A stretch of DNA of 64,000 nucleotides. Source: Planctomycetota bacterium (GTDB lineage: Bacteria; Planctomycetota; UBA1135; UBA2386). Both the position numbers and the translations under genes were made by a program. The notes under the pieces are model-generated. The model worked only from the letters and a program-made list of their open reading frames with translations, searched no databases and was not told the DNA's origin. The stretch spans positions 4,352,001 to 4,416,000 of the forward strand of contig OZ245006.1 of assembly GCA_965223545.1 (NCBI GenBank). Reading direction: 5' to 3'. The number at the start of each line of letters is the position of its first letter. Positions within the stretch are counted from its first letter, which is position 1. Shown piece by piece: positions 44,165 to 54,544 of the stretch.

Positions 44165-46600
44165 TCAGCGGGGCACGGCGCCGTCGATGTGCACGGTGTT
44201 GGTGATGCCCGGGCGCAGATCGAGCGGCATGCGGCCGACCTCCTCATGATCTCGGTAGAGCACGAGCTCGGTCGCCAGGTCGGAAGCGCGGTACTCCGGT
44301 GGAGCGGGGGCCACGCGGCCCCGGTGCACGAGGTCTGCGGAGCTGCCCTGACGCACACCGAGATCGTGCGGCGTGCCATCCGCGCGCAAGAGCGCGAACT
44401 CGTCGGCGTGGGTGCCGGCGACGGCGATGTTGCAGGCGCGTCCCACGATCACGCGCAGCGTGCCGTGGTCGCGCAGCTGCCGCGCGACCGTCGCGGCGGC
44501 GACCGAACGAGTGAGAACCCCCTCGCCCATGACCACCAAGCCGACCTCCGCGGCCGGCAGGTCGAGCAGTCGGAAGTTGCCGTCGGCGTCGGTCACCGCC
44601 GGCTCGGTGCCGTGGATGACGAACTCGTGCGTGGTGTCGGCGACGGGGTCGTACATCGTCTCGACCAGCCGGCGGCGGACGACGCGCGCGCCGGCGACCG
44701 GCGCGCCGTGGCGATCGACGATGCCGCCACGGATCGGCGGGTGCGTGGGTTCGGTCCCCGGCGTCAGGACCACCGCGTCGGTGCCGGCGGCGACCGGCCC
44801 GCTGTCGATCAGCGTCATGCGCACGTGATCCAGCGCGCGGATTCGATACTGGCGCGACCGCAGCCCTCGCAGCTCGAACTTCCCGTCGGGTCGGTTGAAG
44901 GTCCGCGGCCACCCATCCGGCGGGTGCCGGACAGCGGCGTACTCCGTGGTGACCGGCTTGCCCTCGACGACGGCGAGCACTTCGAGATCGCGCACCCAGA
45001 TCATCCACTGTCCGCCGCGCTCGGTGGCCTCGACCGTGCCGCGGATGGTCGCGCTCGGCTGCGCCGCCACGAGGGGCGAAAGCACCGGAAGAGCGTCGCC
45101 TCGCCAGCGCAGCGGGGCGCGGCCCGGTGCCGTGACCACGACCTCGTCGCCCGCGGCCGGCCGCGGAATCGAGAACTTGCCGTCGGCGTCGGACGCAAAG
45201 CGCCGGCCGCCACAGAACACCCAAGCTCCACCGATCGGCGAACCCGCCTCGTCGACGAGACGGTTCGACCACGAGTCGATGCCGGTGAGGACGACCTGCA
45301 CGGCCGGTTGTGGGCCCGGCCCGATCGTCGTTTGCCCGGGCGCGTAGCCGCCGCGGTCGACCTCGAGCACGGCGCCGTCGAGATCGGGCGCGCGCGGCCA
45401 CGCGAAGTTGCCGTCGCTATCGGAGTAGGTCTCCGGCTCGCAGGTGAAGGCGTACTCCGCCTCGGTGAGCGGCAAGCTCCAACCGGCCGGCAGTCGCAGC
45501 CGCACGCGCGCCGCCGCGATCCCGATGCCGCGGGAGTCGAGCACGCGGCCGGCGAGGGACCTGCTCTTCGCGACGACGACGCGGGTCGAGTGGGGAGGCG
45601 GCAGCCGGCTGACGACCCCGGCGACCACCGTGACCCAGCGCGGGTCGTCGGCCAGAAGCCAGCCCGACGTCGGCGGCGCGGCGGTCGCGAAGGTGCCGTC
45701 CTCCGCGGTGCTGATCGGGATCGACGCCGGGTCGGGTCCGGCATCCGCCTCGGAGTTGATGAAGCCCGCGGGGCAGCGCTCGGTGAAGCGCAGCTGCAGC
45801 GCGCCGGCGGGGCGACCGCCGAGGTCGATGGCGGTGCCTCGGAACGCCGCCGCAACCGCGGTGACCCCGTCGCTCGCATTGGCGTCCGCGGGCGGCCGGT
45901 CGACCGCCCGGCGCTCGATGCCCTCCGCGCGCGCGGATTCGCGCCCTGGCGTGGACTCTCCGGCGTTCCGTGCCGGGCTGCGGATCGGCGCGCCCGCCGG
46001 CCACGTCATCAGAGTCCCGATCCCCGCCAGCGTGGCCGCCGCCAACGCGCCGAGTGGTGCCCGGCGAGAGCCGGTCGTCCGTCGCCACCACCCGATTGCG
46101 CGCGGTCGCCGTTCGCGGCGGCGGTCGACCCGGCTGCGCAGCCGCACGAGCGCTCGGTAGAGCCTCGACTGCACCGTGCGCACCGGCAGGTCGAGGCGCG
46201 CCGCGATCTGCCGGGGAGGCAAGTCCTGGCGGTAGCGCAGGTCGAGAATCTGCCGGTCCGCGGCCGACAGGCCGCCGCAGGCCTGGGCGATGCGATCGAT
46301 GACATCGTCGTCGGCGCCGCCGCTCGCCGTGGCCGGAGGAGCCATCAGGCGGGCGTAGTCGGTCTCGTGCCGGGTGCGCCGCGCGCGGCTGCGGTGGTGG
46401 CGCGCGGCGATGCGGCGCAAGACGCTGCGCGCCCACGCGACCGCCGCCCGCGGGTTGGTGGGTGGTTGTCGCAGGGCCGCAATCATCAGCTCCTGCGCTG
46501 CCTCGTCGATGGCATCCCGGTCCCGCACGAGCCGCGCCGCGAGCGAGCGATAGTGGCGCCAGGCGGCTTGGCCGTCGTCGTGCGTGGGGGGGATTGCCAT
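44165..46600 (-). CDS. ECF sigma factor with TM helix and long extracytoplasmic C-terminal extension
   Basis: Region 2 DEAAQEL, region 4 LSAADRQILDLRY...IAARLDLPVRTVQSRLYRAL, then a TM helix and GRVLDxxGxxIxxARV (carboxypeptidase-regulatory-like) repeats. Confidence 0.82.
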   Translation of the reverse strand: MAIPPTHDDGQAAWRHYRSLAARLVRDRDAIDEAAQELMIAALRQPPTNPRAAVAWARSVLRRIAARHHRSRARRTRHETDYARLMAPPATASGGADDDVIDRIAQACGGLSAADRQILDLRYRQDLPPRQIAARLDLPVRTVQSRLYRALVRLRSRVDRRRERRPRAIGWWRRTTGSRRAPLGALAAATLAGIGTLMTWPAGAPIRSPARNAGESTPGRESARAEGIERRAVDRPPADANASDGVTAVAAAFRGTAIDLGGRPAGALQLRFTERCPAGFINSEADAGPDPASIPISTAEDGTFATAAPPTSGWLLADDPRWVTVVAGVVSRLPPPHSTRVVVAKSRSLAGRVLDSRGIGIAAARVRLRLPAGWSLPLTEAEYAFTCEPETYSDSDGNFAWPRAPDLDGAVLEVDRGGYAPGQTTIGPGPQPAVQVVLTGIDSWSNRLVDEAGSPIGGAWVFCGGRRFASDADGKFSIPRPAAGDEVVVTAPGRAPLRWRGDALPVLSPLVAAQPSATIRGTVEATERGGQWMIWVRDLEVLAVVEGKPVTTEYAAVRHPPDGWPRTFNRPDGKFELRGLRSRQYRIRALDHVRMTLIDSGPVAAGTDAVVLTPGTEPTHPPIRGGIVDRHGAPVAGARVVRRRLVETMYDPVADTTHEFVIHGTEPAVTDADGNFRLLDLPAAEVGLVVMGEGVLTRSVAAATVARQLRDHGTLRVIVGRACNIAVAGTHADEFALLRADGTPHDLGVRQGSSADLVHRGRVAPAPPEYRASDLATELVLYRDHEEVGRMPLDLRPGITNTVHIDGAVPR

Positions 46601-46826
46601 GACCTCTCTCGCGCTCAGTTCCCGCGGCGACCGGATCCACTGCCCCGAACCCGGCCATTTTTGCCGCGCGGTGGCCGCGGCGGGGGGGCTCGTCGATGGA
46701 CACGCCTGTCCGAACGGCGGACGGTGCGGTGGCTTGGCGATCGCGGTCGACGATGGAGCAACTCGCATACCGCCGGGCGCCAGACGGGTTGAGCGCGGGG
46801 CAGAAGCGGATAGCATCGCGCTGCCA

Positions 46827-48851
46827 ATGAGTGCGGAGGATCTGGCGGGGAAGCAAGCGGCGCTGGCGCGGTTGACGCGGTCGGCGGTGTGGGGGCGCGG
46901 CGATCTCGAGCACGTCCTCCGGGAGATCACCGAGACCGCCGCCGACGTGATCGAGGTCACGCGCGTCGGCGTTTGGCTGTTCGAGGAGGGGCGTTCGGCG
47001 ATCCGTTGCCGTGACCTCTGGCAGCAACCCGAGCGCTTGCACTCGCAGGGCGCGCTGGTCGAAGCCCGTGATTATCCGCGCTACTTCGCGGCACTCGAAG
47101 AGGAGCGGACCATCGCCGCCCACGACGCGCACCGTGATCCACGCACCGCGGAGCTGTCCGCTGGCTACCTGACCGAGTACGGGGTTTCGTCGCTGATCGA
47201 CGCCCCGATCGTCGTCGAAGGTCGTTGCGTCGGGGTCGTCTGCCACGAGCACGTCGGGCCGCCGCGGCGATGGCGGCGCGAGGACGAGTTGCTGGCCGGC
47301 TCGCTCGCCGACGTCGTCGCGCTCGCGCTCGAGGTCTCGCGGGTGCGCTCGGCCGAAGCACGCGCGGGTCGGTTGGCGGAGGAGCTGCGCGTGGCGTTGC
47401 GCGCCGCCGGCATGGGGGTCTGGCGGTGGGAGCTGCGCACCGGTCGGCTCAGCTTCGGTGATGAGGTCGCCGCCATCTTCGAGCGCCAGCCCGACGACAT
47501 GCCGCGCTGCGTGGCCGAGTTCATGGAGCACGTGGAGGCAGCCGATCGCGAGCACCTCGCCCGCATGCTGGATGCAGCCGTGGAAGGCAAGCAGACCGAT
47601 TGTTGGACAGAGTGTCGCATCTCGGCGCCGGATGGCGGAGTGCGTTGGGCGCGGGCGCAGGGCCGGCTCGTGCTCGGCGAGGACGGCCGCCCCGAGCGGG
47701 TGGTCGGGGTGGTCAGCGATGTGACCGAGCGCAAGCTGTTCGACCAGCGGCTGGCGCGGACCCAGCGGCTCGAGGAGGTCGGCCAGCTCGCGGGTGGAGT
47801 CGCGCACGACTTCAACAATCTGCTGACCGTGATCCGCGGCAATCTCTCGCTGTTGCGCGACGGCGATGGGGCGTTGTCGCCGGAGCTGACCGACATCGAA
47901 GACGCGGCGCGCCGGGGCAGTCAGCTGACGTCGCAGCTGCTGTCGTTCGCCAGTCGGCAGCCGGTCGAGCCGCGCGCGATCGACGTCAATGCGCAGATGC
48001 GTGCGGTGTTCGGCATGCTCCACCGGCTGATCGGCGAGCGGATTCGGGTGCGGATGGAGCATTGTGCCGACCCGGCCGTGGTGCGCATCGATCCGGGCCA
48101 ACTCGAGCAGGTGCTGGTCAATCTGGCAGTCAACGCGCGCGACGCCCTGCCCAATGGCGGCGATCTGACCCTGCGCACGTCGGTGTCGGAGCGGCCGCGC
48201 CGGGTGGTGATCACCGTCAGCGACAACGGCATCGGCATTCCGGCCGACGTGCTGTCCCGCGTCTGCGAGCCGTTCTTCACCACCAAGCGCGTCGGGCAGG
48301 GCACCGGCCTGGGGCTGTCGACCTGCTTCGGGATCATCCGTCAAGCGGGCGGCGAGCTGAACATCGAGAGCGAGCCTGGCCGCGGCACTACTGTCGAAGT
48401 CTGGTTGCCACGCATCCTCGAGCCCGCCGATCCCGCCACCCACCGTTCCGGGCGGCGCTCGGTCGAGGAGTTCGGCCGCGGGGTTCGCGTGCTCGTCGTC
48501 GAGGACGAGGACGCGGTGCGGCGTTCGGTCCTGGCAGCTCTGCAGAGCGCCGGCTTCGACGTCGAGGCGGCGAGCGACGGCGATGCCGCTCTCGGCCGCA
48601 TCGATTCCTCGCCGCCGCACATGATCGTCACCGACTGCGTGATGCCAGGAATCGCCGGCCGCGCGCTGGTCGACGAAGTGCGCCGCCGCCTGGGCCGCGA
48701 AGTGCCGGCGCTGTTCGTCTCCGGCTACTCCGACGAGGCGCGCACCGGCGCCGAGAGCGAGCAGTGGCTGGCCAAACCGTTCGATGGCGAGGGGCTGCTG
48801 CGCGCGGTCCGCACGCTGTACGAGCGTTGTGTGCTGGATCCGCGCGGCTGA
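46827..48851 (+). CDS. Cytoplasmic hybrid histidine kinase (GAF-PAS-HK-REC)
   Basis: GAF (SLIDAPI...VGVVCHEH), PAS (MGVWRW...DRE...RW), GGVAHDFNNLL, NLAVNARDA, PFFTTK, GTGLGL, REC VVEDE...TDCVMP...KP. Confidence 0.93.
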   Translation: MSAEDLAGKQAALARLTRSAVWGRGDLEHVLREITETAADVIEVTRVGVWLFEEGRSAIRCRDLWQQPERLHSQGALVEARDYPRYFAALEEERTIAAHDAHRDPRTAELSAGYLTEYGVSSLIDAPIVVEGRCVGVVCHEHVGPPRRWRREDELLAGSLADVVALALEVSRVRSAEARAGRLAEELRVALRAAGMGVWRWELRTGRLSFGDEVAAIFERQPDDMPRCVAEFMEHVEAADREHLARMLDAAVEGKQTDCWTECRISAPDGGVRWARAQGRLVLGEDGRPERVVGVVSDVTERKLFDQRLARTQRLEEVGQLAGGVAHDFNNLLTVIRGNLSLLRDGDGALSPELTDIEDAARRGSQLTSQLLSFASRQPVEPRAIDVNAQMRAVFGMLHRLIGERIRVRMEHCADPAVVRIDPGQLEQVLVNLAVNARDALPNGGDLTLRTSVSERPRRVVITVSDNGIGIPADVLSRVCEPFFTTKRVGQGTGLGLSTCFGIIRQAGGELNIESEPGRGTTVEVWLPRILEPADPATHRSGRRSVEEFGRGVRVLVVEDEDAVRRSVLAALQSAGFDVEAASDGDAALGRIDSSPPHMIVTDCVMPGIAGRALVDEVRRRLGREVPALFVSGYSDEARTGAESEQWLAKPFDGEGLLRAVRTLYERCVLDPRG

Positions 48852-48920
48852 CTTCCCGGCGGAGTAATTTCGGCTCGGCCTGCTACCTTGGCGGCGGCGT
48901 TTTCTCGGACCTCGCAATCG

Positions 48921-50189
48921 ATGTCTCCCACCCGCAAAGACAGTTCCGCAGCCTGCCGGGCGGGTTCCGGCAGTCCCCTGGTGCACCGCTCGGTCGCCGA
49001 AGTGAACGGCTTGGACCGGCTGCTCGAGTCCTGCCTGCCCAGCTTCGGCGGCGGTTATCTGCGCCGGGTCTTTGCGCTGCTCGACGAGGCGATCGGCAAG
49101 GGCGTGCCGATGACCTTGGCGGTGGCCGGGCCGGTCACGGCGTCGGGCCAGCACCTGGCCTGGCTCAACCCGCTGCTCGACACCGGGTGGTTCTGCTTGC
49201 TGTCGACGACCGACGCCGTCTGCTACCACGACGGTCACCGCGCCCTGGACGACGCGGTGGAGCATCCCTTCCACGAGGTGGCGATCTTCGGTGACGACGG
49301 CGCGCTCCGCGACGAGCGGACCATCCGGATCACCGACGTCGGTTTCGATGAAGACGTGCTGCTCGGCCAGGACCGCTTCATCTCGGCGTGTCTGCGCCAG
49401 CCGGAGTTTCAGCGCAAGATGACCGGCACCGAGATGCGCAACCTGCTCGGTCATCGCTACGCCCGGCAAGAGCGGCGCAACGGGGCGCCGGAGGGGCTGC
49501 TCGCCCTGTGCGCGCGCAAGGCGATCCCGATCTTCGTCGGGGCACCGGCCGACGGCTCGGTCTTCCTCAACTCGATGAAGCTGTGGGCGATGCAGCGCGC
49601 CGGTAGCGCGGCGTTCGACTTCGAGCTGGACCTCAACCGCGAGGTGTTCGAGAGCTGTGCCTACCACTGGTGGGGGCTCCGCCACTCGGACACGCGGGCG
49701 CTCGGCACGCTGGTGCTCGGCGGCGGCGTGCCCAAGAACTTCAACCTGCAGCCCGAGCCGGCGCTGAGCCAGATCCTCGGTCTCGACGAGGTCAGCGGCT
49801 ACCTCTACGACATCCAGATCACCAGTGCGCCGGTCACCGATGGCTCGCTGTCGTCGTGCCCGCCCGCCGAGGCCGTGACTTGGGGCAAGGTCGACAAGGA
49901 CGAGTACCGGCGCACGTGCGAGTCGATGCAGGCCGACTACTCGATGGTGATGCCGCTGCTGACCAAAGCGCTGCTCGAGCGGCGCGCGCGGCTGGCCGCG
50001 CTCGAGGACGAGCTCGGGCGGGAGACGTTGCTCGAGCGCCACCCCGAGGCGGCCGGCTACTTGCGGCCGACGGCCGGCTACCGGCTGTTCGAGCAGCGCG
50101 ACGCGCTGATGCGCGAGCTCGATGGGCAAGTCGCCGCGCACTTGTCGGCGCTGGAGGCGACGTGCGACTACCCGCTCGCCGCCGACTGA
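48921..50189 (+). CDS. Deoxyhypusine synthase family protein
   Basis: IPIFVGAPADGS, LGGGVPKNF, QIT...DGSLS..PPAEAVTWGK with the catalytic Lys retained. Confidence 0.85.
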   Translation: MSPTRKDSSAACRAGSGSPLVHRSVAEVNGLDRLLESCLPSFGGGYLRRVFALLDEAIGKGVPMTLAVAGPVTASGQHLAWLNPLLDTGWFCLLSTTDAVCYHDGHRALDDAVEHPFHEVAIFGDDGALRDERTIRITDVGFDEDVLLGQDRFISACLRQPEFQRKMTGTEMRNLLGHRYARQERRNGAPEGLLALCARKAIPIFVGAPADGSVFLNSMKLWAMQRAGSAAFDFELDLNREVFESCAYHWWGLRHSDTRALGTLVLGGGVPKNFNLQPEPALSQILGLDEVSGYLYDIQITSAPVTDGSLSSCPPAEAVTWGKVDKDEYRRTCESMQADYSMVMPLLTKALLERRARLAALEDELGRETLLERHPEAAGYLRPTAGYRLFEQRDALMRELDGQVAAHLSALEATCDYPLAAD

Positions 50190-50209
50190 CGCGGACCGCG
50201 CCCGCCGCG

Positions 50210-52135
50210 TTGGTGCTCGCGATGGCCGCCGCGGCATGGCCGGTTGTGGGGCAGCAGCCGGTCGAGTTCGAAGTGCAGAGCGCGGCGCCGCTCGCGCGGC
50301 GCGCGGTGGTGCGCGTGTCGCTGCCGTTCGCCCGCGGCGTGTTGCCGTCGGCCGGCGCGGTCGTGCTCGATGTCGACCCGCCGGGCACGCCACCGTGGCC
50401 GGCTCGACCGCTGCTGTGTTGGCCGGACGGTTCGATCGCGGTGTTGCAGGCGCACGTGCGGCTGGAGCTGCCGGCGCGCGGCGTGCTGCACGCGGTCGCG
50501 CGACCGGTGGACCGGGCGCCCGGCTTGCCGGGTCCGCCGCCGCCGGATTCGAGCGGCCCGGCGCTGGTGCCGGTCTGGACCGAAGTCGAGGACCCGTGGG
50601 GGCGGACCTACGTCGCTCGGTGGCCGACCGCGACGCCCGTCGACGACCTCAGCTCGCGCATGGTGCGGGTCTACCGGATCCGGGCGGTGCACGAACGCGA
50701 CGGCGTCGCGTTCCTCGGCCTGACCGGCTTCTGGGTGTCGGTGCCGGCCGAACGGCGGGTCGAGCTGACGCTGGTGCTCGACAACGCCGCCGCCGTGGAC
50801 GCGACCGGACCCGTGCTCGGACCGGTGCGGCTGCGCCGCTTCTCGTTTGCGTGCGGGGCTCGGGACACGGTCATCCGGCCCCGCTTCGCGCGCGCCAACG
50901 CGCTGCGCGCCGGGCCCGCGCCCACCGCCGATGGCCAGCGGCTCGATCTGCTGGGACCGTCCGACCAGATCTACCTCGGCGATCGCACCGGCAAGGCGTT
51001 TCGCGTCGACCTCGACCTGCGCGGGCGTGGGCTCGACCCCGGGGGGCCACTGCGGCCGCTGCCCGCGCTGGCGGCTGTGCGCAGATCGCGCGCGTTCGGC
51101 GCGCACGGCGGTCCCGGCCCGGCCGGTGCGGACGCGGCGGCCACGCGGCCGCCGCGCCAACACGGCGAGGGCGGGACGGGACCGTTCGGCGGCCACGGCG
51201 ATCCGCCCGACGCGGCCGCGCAGGGCACGCCCCGCAATGCCGCGAGCGCGCTGCACAACGTCTTGCGCTGGCGGTCGACCGCGCTGCTCGCGCGCGCAGA
51301 GGCCGCGGTGTTGCAGCAAACGCTGCGCCCGACACCGGGGGCCACGCCGCGGTCGCCGGCGCGCACCGCCCCGCTGCGGGCGGGCCTGACGCAGCGCGCG
51401 GTGCGCCGCCCGCATGGCTTCACCGCGCTCGACTACGAGCACTTCTCCGTCGATCTGCTGTACGACTACTACTGGCTCACCGGCGACCCGCTCGCGCGGG
51501 CCGAGCTGCGCCGCGCGGGCTCCGGCCTGCTGGCCGTGCTCGAGGGTGCCGCGTTTCCGACCTGCCGCGGCGAGGGCTGGTGCCTGCAGGCCGCGGTGCT
51601 GATCGCGCGGGCGACCGGCGACCGCGAGCTGCTGCGCGGCGTGCGCCGCCGCTACGTCGAGCGCATCGCGCCGTCGATCGCGGCGGCACCCGCCGGCACG
51701 GTGCTGCCGCAGCCCGGCCACCCGCGGGCGTTCGGGCCGCTCGAGAGGTTCGACTCCCCGTGGCAGATGGCAGCCCTGGTGCACGGCCTGCACGCGCTTT
51801 GGCGGGAGACTGAAGAGCCGGGCTGTCTTCCTGCGGTCGAGCGATCCGCCGATATCATGGTCGGCTCGGGCTGGCTCGACGGGGTCGGGCCGAAGGCTTT
51901 GGTCAGCGCGGCCGATCCGAGTCGATATACCCTTCCAGTGGGATACGGGTCTTTGGAAGGAACCGCGCTGTTGCAAGCCGGCGGGATGGTGCTGGCCGCC
52001 GAGATGGTCGCCGACCGTTCCACCCGGCGTCGGCTCTGGCGGCGGGCGGATCGCATCGTCGGGGCGGTGGAGGATCCGCACGCCGGCGCCCACCGCTGGT
52101 TGCAGCTCTACTTCGACCGGGCGGAGGCGCGGTGA
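50210..52135 (+). CDS. Secreted hypothetical protein (N-terminal beta domain, C-terminal helical barrel-like region)
   Basis: VSLPFARG...WPDGSI N-terminal pattern; DYEH, YYWLTGD, RGEGW, PWQMA in the C-terminal half. Start uncertain. Confidence 0.65.
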   Translation: MVLAMAAAAWPVVGQQPVEFEVQSAAPLARRAVVRVSLPFARGVLPSAGAVVLDVDPPGTPPWPARPLLCWPDGSIAVLQAHVRLELPARGVLHAVARPVDRAPGLPGPPPPDSSGPALVPVWTEVEDPWGRTYVARWPTATPVDDLSSRMVRVYRIRAVHERDGVAFLGLTGFWVSVPAERRVELTLVLDNAAAVDATGPVLGPVRLRRFSFACGARDTVIRPRFARANALRAGPAPTADGQRLDLLGPSDQIYLGDRTGKAFRVDLDLRGRGLDPGGPLRPLPALAAVRRSRAFGAHGGPGPAGADAAATRPPRQHGEGGTGPFGGHGDPPDAAAQGTPRNAASALHNVLRWRSTALLARAEAAVLQQTLRPTPGATPRSPARTAPLRAGLTQRAVRRPHGFTALDYEHFSVDLLYDYYWLTGDPLARAELRRAGSGLLAVLEGAAFPTCRGEGWCLQAAVLIARATGDRELLRGVRRRYVERIAPSIAAAPAGTVLPQPGHPRAFGPLERFDSPWQMAALVHGLHALWRETEEPGCLPAVERSADIMVGSGWLDGVGPKALVSAADPSRYTLPVGYGSLEGTALLQAGGMVLAAEMVADRSTRRRLWRRADRIVGAVEDPHAGAHRWLQLYFDRAEAR

Positions 52136-53862
52136 TCGAGGCCCTGGTGCACGCCTTCGCCCCGGCGAGCCAACGGCTGGTCGCCGGTGCGGCTCCGCCG
52201 GCGGTGCTCGGCCGGCAGCTGCCCCGGTTGGCGGTTCAGGCCCTCAATGCGGACGGGGACCGCGGTCTGCGCTTCTTTCCTCTGATCGGCCAGCGCGAGG
52301 GCGAGCGGCGATTCGTCGAGCTGGACGGGCTACTGCCGGTCGAGCAGCTGCTCGCGTTGCACGGCGATCAAGTTGCTCCGCGCTTCGTCGTCGACGGATG
52401 TGTCGAGGACGCAAGTTTGCGGCTGCGCATCGTGCGGGTCGAAGGCCAGCGCGTCGTCTTCAACGAGCAAGTGCCCCTCGACCACGCCGCGCCGCTGCCG
52501 GCTCTGTCGCGGCTGTTGTTCGAGCTGATGTCGGTGCTGGGTTGGCAGGGTGCTCCACCGGTGCCGACCCGGCTGCAGGATGGCGTGCTCGCCTGGTTTC
52601 TCTGCGCGCGCGACCATCTGCTCTGCGTCGAGGCCGGGGTGCCGGTGGAGGATCCTTCGGCCTTGCTGATCGCCGGCGAGCGCCTGGTGGAGCGCGCCCC
52701 CGACGACCCCGACGTGCAGCGGCTGCTCTTGGACCTCGGTGGCCGGCTGTTGGCGGACGAGCAGGCCGCGACGCGCGTCGAGCAGATGTTCGGAGCGCTC
52801 GCCGAAGGCATGCTCCGCCGGGCCGCGCCCGAGGCCGCTCGGTCCGGCGGCGCAGTGCTGCAGCAGGCGGCCGCCCTGCTGACCGGGCACGGCCGCGAGC
52901 AGGCCGCCGATGGCCTGTTGCGTAAGGCGGTCGAGATCGAGCCGGGCCACGCCGAGATCGCCTGCCGGGTCGCCCGCCGCGAGCTGATGGAGGGACGGCC
53001 GGAAGACGCCCGGCGGGTGCTGGAGACGGCGCTGAACGAGGGCGGCCGCGATCCGCTCGCCCTCGCCCAGCTGTCGGTGGTGTGCGAACGGTTGGGCGAC
53101 ACGGACGCGCGCCGCCGCTGCGTCGAGGAGCTGCTGCAGCGGCCGACCGACAACGTCATCGTCACCCGCATCGCGGTCGCCTACTTGCTCGACACCGACC
53201 AGCTGACGCGGGCGTTGCAGGTGATCGATGCGGTGCTGGCCAGTCAGCCCGAGCACGCCGGTCTGTGGCTGGACCGAGGTCGGGTTCTGTTGTTGCAAGA
53301 AGAGCCCGAAGCCGCGCGCGAGGCTCTGCAGCGGGGTCTCGACCATGCCTCCGATGCGAACACGCGCCGCGATCTCGAACGCCACTTGGCGCTGGTGGCA
53401 TCCGACAACGCCCTGGCCACGGCGCACCGCGTCGACCGCGCCCTGCGCGACGGCGACGCGGAGGGCGCGCTGCAGCTGGCACGCGCTCTGGTGCGGCGCT
53501 CGCCGCAGCTCGCCGACGGCTGGCTGCTGATCGGCATCGCCCGGCAGCGGCTCGACCAACCGCGCCGCGCGGAGCGCGCGCTGCGCAAGGCGCTGTACAT
53601 CGACCCCGACATGGGCGAGGTCCGCAATCGGTTGGGGATCCTGCTGGTCGCGCGGCGGCGCTATGCGGAGGGCTTCGAACACCTGCGGCGCGCGGTCGGC
53701 CTGTTGCCCAACGAAGCGTCGGTGTGGCTGCATTACGCGCAGGCGTGCCACTTCGTCGGCCGCGAAGACGAGGGGCGCGACGCGCTCGCCCGCGCGGTCC
53801 AGTGCGGTGCCGAGCACGGCGCCGTGGCGGCGGTGCGCGACGCGTTCTTCCCCGGTTCCTGA
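52132..53862 (+). CDS. Tetratricopeptide repeat protein
   Basis: Multiple TPR-like units (LRKAVEIEPGH, LRKALYIDPD, LRRAVGLLPN); GTGA overlap with the upstream gene. Confidence 0.8.
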   Translation: MIEALVHAFAPASQRLVAGAAPPAVLGRQLPRLAVQALNADGDRGLRFFPLIGQREGERRFVELDGLLPVEQLLALHGDQVAPRFVVDGCVEDASLRLRIVRVEGQRVVFNEQVPLDHAAPLPALSRLLFELMSVLGWQGAPPVPTRLQDGVLAWFLCARDHLLCVEAGVPVEDPSALLIAGERLVERAPDDPDVQRLLLDLGGRLLADEQAATRVEQMFGALAEGMLRRAAPEAARSGGAVLQQAAALLTGHGREQAADGLLRKAVEIEPGHAEIACRVARRELMEGRPEDARRVLETALNEGGRDPLALAQLSVVCERLGDTDARRRCVEELLQRPTDNVIVTRIAVAYLLDTDQLTRALQVIDAVLASQPEHAGLWLDRGRVLLLQEEPEAAREALQRGLDHASDANTRRDLERHLALVASDNALATAHRVDRALRDGDAEGALQLARALVRRSPQLADGWLLIGIARQRLDQPRRAERALRKALYIDPDMGEVRNRLGILLVARRRYAEGFEHLRRAVGLLPNEASVWLHYAQACHFVGREDEGRDALARAVQCGAEHGAVAAVRDAFFPGS

Positions 53863-54053
53863 GGCCACGGCCGTCGCGGGCATCCGGTTTCGCAGATCGG
53901 GTCGATCCTGATCCCGGGGGGAGGGGAGCGAGGCTTGTCCGCGGACGAGTTTCCCAGGTACGCTGCCATCGCGATGTTGGCCGCAAAGGTTGCAACGCGA
54001 GTGTCCTGGGTTGATTCAACCCCGGTCGGTGCTCCGCCACGAGTGGCCCACGC

Positions 54054-54512
54054 GTGACGAGCGGCGGACCGAACCGCCGGTGGTGGTGGCTTCCCTTTGC
54101 CGGGCTCCTTGTCGCCCTTGCGTCGGACGGCTGTTGGCTGATCCTGTTCCCTGCGTTTGCCCTGTTTGCCTGCGCGCGAGCGGGTCTCACTCGTTGGCAA
54201 CGAGTCTTCGCGCTGCTGCTGGTCGCACTCGCGGCCGTGGTCCAGTGGGATCGTCGTTGGATCGGCGCGTGTGTCCGGGTGTGGGTGCACCAGGACGCCT
54301 ACCTCGCCGAGATCCGTCGCTTGAACGCGGCCCCAGACGCTCCGGGGACCGGGCTTGGCCCGCCTTGGATCAGCATCGAGTCGCCTCGCCGGGCGCGCGT
54401 GACGTGGCTTGCTGCACGTGGCGACGAGATCGGTGTGTACTACGACCTCGATCGCAAGCCCGAACTGGGCACATGGCACCTGTTCGGTCCCTGGTTCTTC
54501 TATGCGCACTGA
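54054..54512 (+). CDS. Hypothetical membrane protein
   Basis: Three hydrophobic segments; C-terminal GVYYD...HLFGPWFFY. Confidence 0.6.
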   Translation: MTSGGPNRRWWWLPFAGLLVALASDGCWLILFPAFALFACARAGLTRWQRVFALLLVALAAVVQWDRRWIGACVRVWVHQDAYLAEIRRLNAAPDAPGTGLGPPWISIESPRRARVTWLAARGDEIGVYYDLDRKPELGTWHLFGPWFFYAH

Positions 54513-54544
54513 CGGCGCGGGCAGCCTGCGCTACGTTGGCGGCG

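Noticed and set aside
42560..50393. Very long ORFs (1410 aa on +, 1658 aa on -) and similar ones such as 59720-63436 and 19893-22580
   Set aside because: They are antisense or alternative-frame shadows of real genes, expected at this GC content; Arg/Ala/Gly-rich with no motifs.
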